IMG/VR virus record: IMGVR_UViG_3300042567_001420
Strand: one strand, 5' to 3'
Source of the DNA: a virus
Lineage: Duplodnaviria > Caudoviricetes
DNA: 64,000 nt
How positions within the stretch are numbered: the first letter of the stretch is position 1; the number at the start of each line of letters is the position of its first letter. Below the pieces are notes generated by a model. That model worked only from the letters and a program-made list of their open reading frames with translations. It did no database searches and had not been told where the DNA came from. Below, one piece after another: positions 58,690 to 64,000 of this stretch. The position numbers and the translations under genes were made by a program.

Positions 58690-58720
58690 GTTATCTTCTC
58701 CAAAAAGAATAGTCGCAAGC

Positions 58721-59653
58721 TTAGTCATCGCTCGCTAGTTTTGAGAAATATGACAATGATTCATCATCGTCATCAAAGTCAACTTCCTTTGTAGGAGCTG
58801 CCTTTGGCGCGGCTGCTGGGCGTGCTGCAGATGTTGCAGGTTGCACATAATTTGCATCTTCACCCAATGTAACTTCTTCTGCCTTCTTAATTGCAGATGT
58901 ACCTCCAGAAAGAACCATGTCTAGTTTTTTCTTAAGATCGTCATATGACTTGAAGTTTTTAGGGTCAAGAAACGCTGTAAGAGAATGTTGCTTATTCCAA
59001 ATATTCTCGATAATAGAATCATCCTCGGAAATTGGGCTTGGTGTATCAAACTCTGATTTATCGTAATTGCGATATCCTTCCACATTACGAATTTTTAATT
59101 TAAAGTTTGCACCTTCCCAAAAGTCGAACGGATTAAGTGGCTTTTCGTCCTCGAACTGTGGCTCAGCAACATCCTTAATTTTGTCGAAAATCTTTTTACC
59201 AAACTTAAACAAAAATACTTTGCCTTCATTTTCAGGGTGCTTAGAATCCTGAACGATAAGAATATTTGTGTAGTAAGTTAGTTTACGCTTTTGTTTTCGA
59301 GCAACTTCTTTATTGGCCTCTGAGCCAGAATTCCATAACTCAGTATTAAACTCAGATACAGGATCAGTCTTGCCAATAGTTGTTAGTGAATTTTCAATGT
59401 ACCATTTCCCTGTTGGGCCTTGGAAACCGTGATTCCAAACTCTAACCCATGGAAGTTCTTCGCCCTTAGGAGGAGCTAAGAAGCGAATGACAGCGTAGCC
59501 GTTACCCGCTTTGTCAACCTCAGGTTGCCAGAAACGGTCGTCATTTCTATTGTTAGATTCGGATTGTGGATTTGCGATCTTTTCAACTTCTTTCATTAAA
59601 GAATCGAAGCCGCCTCGTGATTTGCGGAGATCTGCTAGTGATGTGAATGCCAT
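58721..59653 (-). CDS. gp32: single-stranded DNA-binding protein
   Basis: DDRFW, GNGYAVIRFL, WYIENSLTT, GANFKLK, acidic tail. Confidence 0.98.
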   Translation of the reverse strand: MAFTSLADLRKSRGGFDSLMKEVEKIANPQSESNNRNDDRFWQPEVDKAGNGYAVIRFLAPPKGEELPWVRVWNHGFQGPTGKWYIENSLTTIGKTDPVSEFNTELWNSGSEANKEVARKQKRKLTYYTNILIVQDSKHPENEGKVFLFKFGKKIFDKIKDVAEPQFEDEKPLNPFDFWEGANFKLKIRNVEGYRNYDKSEFDTPSPISEDDSIIENIWNKQHSLTAFLDPKNFKSYDDLKKKLDMVLSGGTSAIKKAEEVTLGEDANYVQPATSAARPAAAPKAAPTKEVDFDDDDESLSYFSKLASDD

Positions 59654-59698
59654 AGTATGTCCTTTCGTATTAACGGTGTATGGTTTTTCGTTTTAGTA

Positions 59699-59887
59699 TT
59701 AACGTTTTTTAAATTTTTGATTAGCGTATGCATAATCTAGGTACTCATCAAACGCATCGTCGTCTTTATTGAACGATGCTACATTATATATAATCTTTCG
59801 ATGCTTGTCAATCTTCTGTGTGCCCTTTTCAACTCGGCGCATTTTCTTCTCACGATCATTATAATCGTTCTTCTTAAACTTTTCCAT
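59699..59887 (-). CDS. hypothetical basic protein
   Basis: 62-aa ORF in the operon. Confidence 0.6.
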   Translation of the reverse strand: MEKFKKNDYNDREKKMRRVEKGTQKIDKHRKIIYNVASFNKDDDAFDEYLDYAYANQKFKKR

Positions 59888-59916
59888 TTTAAAAAATCAA
59901 GGCTCCTACCTTAAAG

Positions 59917-60138
59917 TTAAACATCTTCTTTACCCTTAGCTTTAACCTTTAGGAAAGGCCAAGCTGTCATTCTTTTATTTAATTCCATTTGACTGTGCGC
60001 CAACTTAATTAAGTATCTTTGAGTTTCTTTCAAAGATTCCTGAGTCGTAAAAAGCGATTCTTGTAACATTAAAATATCTTGTTCTAAACGCTTAATCTTT
60101 TGCGTTTTTAGTTCCAACTCGTCTTCTAAAGATTGCAT
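59917..60138 (-). CDS. hypothetical coiled-coil protein
   Basis: 73-aa ORF. Confidence 0.55.
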   Translation of the reverse strand: MQSLEDELELKTQKIKRLEQDILMLQESLFTTQESLKETQRYLIKLAHSQMELNKRMTAWPFLKVKAKGKEDV

Positions 60139-60712
60139 CGTATTTTTCCATGTCGATTAAAAGAAAAGGTTTGTACTTTTTAATAAGTCTAGAAACATCA
60201 GGCCACACTACGGTGTCACTAATCTCTCGATCAAACCTCTCGGTAAATTTATTTAGTCTTTCCAATATCACTAAAGTTTCTATACTAATTGTGTTTCGTA
60301 AGAATGCTTTAATTATATATGGATGCTGACCTTTTGACACCGCAAAAATATCCTCAATTTTTAGATTGGATTCTTCCAAATCATTAATAATATTATCCAA
60401 TTCTTGTTCGAAATTATAGGATAAACTCTCGACTCGCTTTTTCCATTCTTTATATCGTTGACCTGCTTCTAAATCAAACATTCCGCCCCAGCGATCACCT
60501 GACACAAAATTTGCTACTAAAAAATTTGCAACTTCTTCATCTGAATAGCTTTTTGCAATTTTTCTAATTGAGAACAAATCTTTACGCTTAGCATATGCTT
60601 GACGACTTGCCCTCACTCTGCCCTTTTGTTGAATTACATCATAATTGTCTGTTGTGAAATGTAATCGCAAAGCTAAGTACATTTTATAAACTGAATATTC
60701 ATCCATTATCAT
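60092..60712 (-). CDS. gp59: helicase loader
   Basis: YKMYLALRLHF, ISIETLVIL, KYKPFL. Confidence 0.92.
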   Translation of the reverse strand: MIMDEYSVYKMYLALRLHFTTDNYDVIQQKGRVRASRQAYAKRKDLFSIRKIAKSYSDEEVANFLVANFVSGDRWGGMFDLEAGQRYKEWKKRVESLSYNFEQELDNIINDLEESNLKIEDIFAVSKGQHPYIIKAFLRNTISIETLVILERLNKFTERFDREISDTVVWPDVSRLIKKYKPFLLIDMEKYDAIFRRRVGTKNAKD

Positions 60713-60978
60713 AGGGGTAATTTACCACGCGGCCTCATATAGTTTTGCTCTTCTGCCTCATTTTGAATCTTATCTTTTAGTGATTGATTAATTAGATTGG
60801 CAACGGCCGCAACATCAATATCAATTTCATTGCAGTATTGTATTACTGCATCCATATATCCTATACTTTCAGATAAGACCTTTTCTTCAATATACAAAGA
60901 GAATTCATTTTGTGATCTGAATCTTTTGGTAATAATTAAACTGTCGGTCAATACTTCATTTAAATTAAGTTCTGTCAT
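60709..60978 (-). CDS. gp33: late promoter co-activator
   Basis: YMDAVIQYC, SLKDKIQNEAE; adjacent to gp59. Confidence 0.9.
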   Translation of the reverse strand: MTELNLNEVLTDSLIITKRFRSQNEFSLYIEEKVLSESIGYMDAVIQYCNEIDIDVAAVANLINQSLKDKIQNEAEEQNYMRPRGKLPL

Positions 60979-61649
60979 TCGATCTCTGGAAATAAAATTT
61001 CATCCATAAAGGTTCTAAACACAGTTTGATCTATGCCAAGGGTAGTCATCATTGCTGGGGTGTGGGGATTCATCTTTTGAAATTTACAATAGTTGTTGTA
61101 TCTCTCTTTATATGACTCTCCGGTTTTTTCTACTTGTCCTACATTATAAAGGTAAACGTGCAAGCTTTCAATAGCTAGATCGGACAATTTGTCCAATTCT
61201 TCTTCTTCGGATATATTGCCCGCCGCAATCATTCCGGGACTAAAAATTTGAGTTGCCCACTCAGGCAATATTCTTGGTTTATTCCATTCTAATTTAGATG
61301 AACGATCAATAAACCAAGTATACAAATCACAATTTCCGTTTTTAGAAAAATCATGGAATGCACCTGTAATTTTGCTAGCTCCGCACACTACATCAAATCC
61401 AAAGATTGGAGTAGGATCATCAAACTCTGGAAAAATTGTCATGTGCATAACCCAGATCTTTTTTGCTTCGCGCGCATCAACAATTTCCACATGGGCTCTG
61501 CGATAATTCTTCGAAGTAAAAATATAATTTTCCCAAAGATATCCTTTTCCTTGTTCTGCGGTATATTTTAATTCATCATCTGTTGTTTGTTCCAATGTCT
61601 CAAGAATATTTTGAGACAACGGAATCATTTTATCCCATACTAAAGACAT
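60975..61649 (-). CDS. ferredoxin-dependent bilin reductase (PcyA/PcyX-like)
   Basis: YRRAHVE, VMHMTIFP, PIFGFD, FHDFS, LPEWA.IFS, QKMNPHT; next to heme oxygenase. Confidence 0.85.
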   Translation of the reverse strand: MSLVWDKMIPLSQNILETLEQTTDDELKYTAEQGKGYLWENYIFTSKNYRRAHVEIVDAREAKKIWVMHMTIFPEFDDPTPIFGFDVVCGASKITGAFHDFSKNGNCDLYTWFIDRSSKLEWNKPRILPEWATQIFSPGMIAAGNISEEEELDKLSDLAIESLHVYLYNVGQVEKTGESYKERYNNYCKFQKMNPHTPAMMTTLGIDQTVFRTFMDEILFPEIE

Positions 61650-62176
61650 TAGTTAAATTCCTTAACAATTTGTATGTTATAATCAAATCCTACACAGGCT
61701 TCTTTGCCCATATCGTCTTTTAATTTAGCTCGGAACTTTTCTGTTAATTCTTCTTTATTTTCAAACTGAAACATTTTGCCTGAACCAGGAACAAGCTTAG
61801 CAAAAATTTGGCCGCCATTTAAATCACCTAAGTATCTTACATACATATGTGCAATTAAATCATCATGCTTAGTAATGTCCATGATATACTGAATATACTT
61901 TAATGTAGATTCTTTAATCGTATATGTTTTATCTGGTACAGCTAATTCCTGAAAATCTTCAAAGATTGCTTTAGATCTATAAAGGCCAGGGATACCTTCA
62001 TACGCACCTAATTTTGGACCTGCAATGTTTTCCATTGCATGATATACTAAGTATAGTTGATAGAGGTATTCCGCATACTTATTTTTATCAACTCTCTTCT
62101 GAAAGATTTCTTTAATAAATGATTGCGTTTCCGCTTCTTTATGTTTTTCGTGTGTTTGTTCTTTTAATGTAGACAT
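61649..62176 (-). CDS. hemO: heme oxygenase
   Basis: LKEQTHEKHKEAE, HMYVRYLGDLNGGQ, EACVGFDYN. Start moved to MSTL. Confidence 0.92.
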   Translation of the reverse strand: MSTLKEQTHEKHKEAETQSFIKEIFQKRVDKNKYAEYLYQLYLVYHAMENIAGPKLGAYEGIPGLYRSKAIFEDFQELAVPDKTYTIKESTLKYIQYIMDITKHDDLIAHMYVRYLGDLNGGQIFAKLVPGSGKMFQFENKEELTEKFRAKLKDDMGKEACVGFDYNIQIVKEFN

Positions 62177-62180
62177 AATT

Positions 62181-62492
62181 TTATTTAAATAATATAAGTG
62201 CAAGTAGAGTTGAGTGAATAATAAAACCTGCACCGATTGTTACAACGTGAAGAATATCTTTAAGTATTACTGCTCTAACAAACAGCATAGATAATCCCGC
62301 CCAAATAAACAAAATAAGATCAACCGGTGGCATCTTATCTGATAGTCCAGACATTACGGAAATCATTGTTGGCACAGTTGCGGCATGAATAAGAACAATT
62401 CCAATCCATGAAATCGTTTCTGCAGTAGCAACCGTTAATGTTGTTTTGCAATAATTAATAACATCTTGTAGTGTGGGGTATTTAAAGTTCAT
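62181..62492 (-). CDS. small integral membrane protein
   Basis: Three hydrophobic segments. Confidence 0.65.
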   Translation of the reverse strand: MNFKYPTLQDVINYCKTTLTVATAETISWIGIVLIHAATVPTMISVMSGLSDKMPPVDLILFIWAGLSMLFVRAVILKDILHVVTIGAGFIIHSTLLALILFK

Positions 62493-62495
62493 AAT

Positions 62496-63026
62496 TTATT
62501 TGTAAAAAATGTGATTGCCAATTTGTGCGATTTGTTGTCGTTTCCATCCAGGTGAAACGTATGTTGCGTGATAATAAAGTGCTTCAGTTAGACCAGCTAA
62601 TCGGAATCCCTCAAGTAATACTTTCTTAGCTACCTCATATGATTCTCTATATGCGGATTGGTGAATAGGTCTTGTCTTTGTAGAAGTTTCGCAGTACCAA
62701 CTAAACTGACAAATAACTTTTTCATACACTACGTTCTTTTGATATACAACTTTACATATATCGTTTGGAAATCCAGCATTTGCTGCTCTATTCATTGTTA
62801 CTTGAGCCACTGCGACTTTACCTTCGAATGGTTCACTTCTTGCTTCGTGGTAAATATTTTTTGCCAAACAATCCAATTGCTGTTCTCTAACTGCAACCGT
62901 TGCTTTAGTATCGTTAAAATTTAGTTGTTTTAAATTTTGTAGTTTCGATGTTGTTACTTGTGTTAGTATTGATACCAACAATACTGCAGATACTGCTACT
63001 AAAAATGTTTGTGTATATGTTTTCAT
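62496..63026 (-). CDS. SleB-like cell wall hydrolase
   Basis: CLAKNIYHEARSE, AVAQVTMNR, ICKVVYQ, QFSW, YYHATY, IGNHIFY; N-terminal signal/anchor. Confidence 0.9.
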   Translation of the reverse strand: MKTYTQTFLVAVSAVLLVSILTQVTTSKLQNLKQLNFNDTKATVAVREQQLDCLAKNIYHEARSEPFEGKVAVAQVTMNRAANAGFPNDICKVVYQKNVVYEKVICQFSWYCETSTKTRPIHQSAYRESYEVAKKVLLEGFRLAGLTEALYYHATYVSPGWKRQQIAQIGNHIFYK

Positions 63027-63063
63027 TTATCTATGCAAGGGGATTTCTCCCCCTGCCTTCAGA

Positions 63064-63336
63064 TTACTTTTTACTAATAGTCTTTATATTATCTTGAGGA
63101 ATGTTAGAAACAAAGCCATTCAATACATGAGCCTTTGCAATAATATCAGTTTCTGAGGGGTAGGCTGGAAAGCCTGGGTGATCCGGAGGTGTTTGGCCAG
63201 CATGTTTAGCTGTCTCTACCTTAGTAGACCAATCGTTAGATATTACTTCACGTTTACCGTAGTAATCGTCACCAAGCATATCTTTGGCCATTTTTAAAAG
63301 TTCTAATCTAATTTCGAACGGTGTCATATTACTCAT
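63064..63336 (-). CDS. conserved hypothetical phage protein
   Basis: TPFEIRLELLKMAK...YPSETDII..A..LNGFV; GGAG RBS. Confidence 0.7.
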   Translation of the reverse strand: MSNMTPFEIRLELLKMAKDMLGDDYYGKREVISNDWSTKVETAKHAGQTPPDHPGFPAYPSETDIIAKAHVLNGFVSNIPQDNIKTISKK

Positions 63337-63369
63337 TTTAATCTCCTTGTGTGTATGAGTGTTTGTAAA

Positions 63370-63718
63370 ATGGTTAGTTATTCTGTTACGAGGAAACTAA
63401 CCGAAACCCTAGCTACCTTATTTAGGCGGCAATGCGAAACTGTGAGTCGTTTGCGTTTACTTTGTTTTAGTTTTAACATCTACTCTGATGTGCTGTCCAC
63501 TCTGGTACTCTTTACCCTGTCGAATCTATTTCAGGCCCATCATAAAGACTTTTCCAACGATTGTGTGCTTCGAAATAACTAATCCAAACACACCCTTCGC
63601 ATCCTTTACCGCAACAAGAATTTGGCTTTTGCGGTTCGGGCGGTAAATCTTTATGGTGGACCTGGCGGGATTCGCACCCGCGTCCAGAATCTGTTTCTCT
63701 TTGCTTCATACAGCAATA
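63370..63718 (-). ncRNA. ssrA: circularly permuted (two-piece) tmRNA
   Basis: Acceptor piece GGAC-GCGGG-TGCGAAT-CCCGC-CAGGTCC-A-CCA (CCA ends at 63654), then a 115-nt intervening segment, then coding piece GGGCCTG-AAATAGATTCGAC (G1 at 63538). 7-bp acceptor stem with G3.U70. Tag ANDSQFRIAA* at 63454-63422. Outer ends approximate. Confidence 0.93.
63512..63709 (-). CDS. small CCxxGCxxCVW (oxidoreductase-like N-terminal domain) protein overlapping the tmRNA
   Basis: LPPEPQKPNSCCGKGCEGCVWISYFEAHNRW encoded by the intervening segment. Confidence 0.5.
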   Translation of the reverse strand: MKQRETDSGRGCESRQVHHKDLPPEPQKPNSCCGKGCEGCVWISYFEAHNRWKSLYDGPEIDSTG

Positions 63719-63723
63719 ACTCT

Positions 63724-63752
63724 ATTATAACGCCTTTTGTTTAAGAAGTCAA
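63724..63752 (-). promoter_or_regulatory. sigma70-type promoter for the tmRNA precursor
   Basis: TTGACT-N17-TATAAT. Confidence 0.88.
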
Positions 63753-64000
63753 AAGTTGTTTGTCCTTTTCGTATAAATCTCTATACTCTAATAATTTGGT
63801 TACCCAATTATCTCGTTTTTCGACAAATACTTGCGGATCATCGTTTTCAACTGCCATAATAATAACTAATTTACTTACAGGTACCCCTGTTCGTTCTTCA
63901 TACATAACTGCATATGCAGCACATTGCATAAAGTAATTATGAATGTGATCTTTATCTTTTCGTCTACTAGACGTTTTATAATCTATAATTGCTAAGCGAC
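63741..64000 (-). CDS. PD-(D/E)XK Cas4-like exonuclease, C-terminal part, truncated by the window edge
   Basis: The frame continues to the window edge: RLAIIDYKTSS...NYFMQCAAYAVMYEERTG. Confidence 0.85.
   Translation of the reverse strand, partial: RLAIIDYKTSSRRKDKDHIHNYFMQCAAYAVMYEERTGVPVSKLVIIMAVENDDPQVFVEKRDNWVTKLLEYRDLYEKDKQLLTS

Noticed and set aside
60975-62176. Cyanophage assignment from the bilin genes
   Set aside because: No psbA, hli or petF in the window, and the tmRNA tag fits a proteobacterial host better; the host remains unproven
1869-62924. Numerous short alternative-frame or antisense ORFs in the ORF track
   Set aside because: They lie within well-supported genes and have no motifs or RBS context
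63349-63582. 77-aa + strand ORF
   Set aside because: It is antisense to the tmRNA coding piece and has no recognisable motif
63654-63690. Stand-alone tRNA gene
   Set aside because: Only a T-arm and half an acceptor stem are present; the matching half lies downstream with a tag ORF, so this is a tmRNA

Overview
The window is 64 kb of a T4-like myovirus genome; most genes are on the minus strand and there is no sign of host chromosome. From left to right it carries: a peptidase fragment, peptide deformylase and gp46/47; an ~8 kb DNA-modification cluster (queD, galE, glycosyltransferase, dpdL-like, dpdA-like, glycosyltransferase, DEDDh exonuclease, folE, histone H1-like, queE); gp55/uvsW/uvsY; the head, neck, tail and baseplate module (gp3, 23, 22, 21, 20, 19, 18, 17, 16, 15, 14, 13, fibre, 8, 7, 6, 25, 5, 53, 48, 4, 2, 54, 26, 51, tape-measure-like); gp32/59/33; a hemO plus bilin reductase cassette; a SleB hydrolase; and a circularly permuted two-piece tmRNA gene. 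The strongest leads are: (1) a 7-deazaguanine pathway interleaved with two GT-B glycosyltransferases and a sugar epimerase, where DpdA and one glycosyltransferase both end in a clamp-binding-like SLExLFA motif, suggesting replication-coupled glycosylated deazaguanine DNA; (2) a permuted tmRNA whose intervening segment encodes a CCxxGCxxCVW protein domain in an ORF running through the tRNA-like domain; (3) a probable -1 frameshift joining gp26 to gp51, analogous to lambda G/GT. All family assignments come from motif recognition by eye. No database searches were run.
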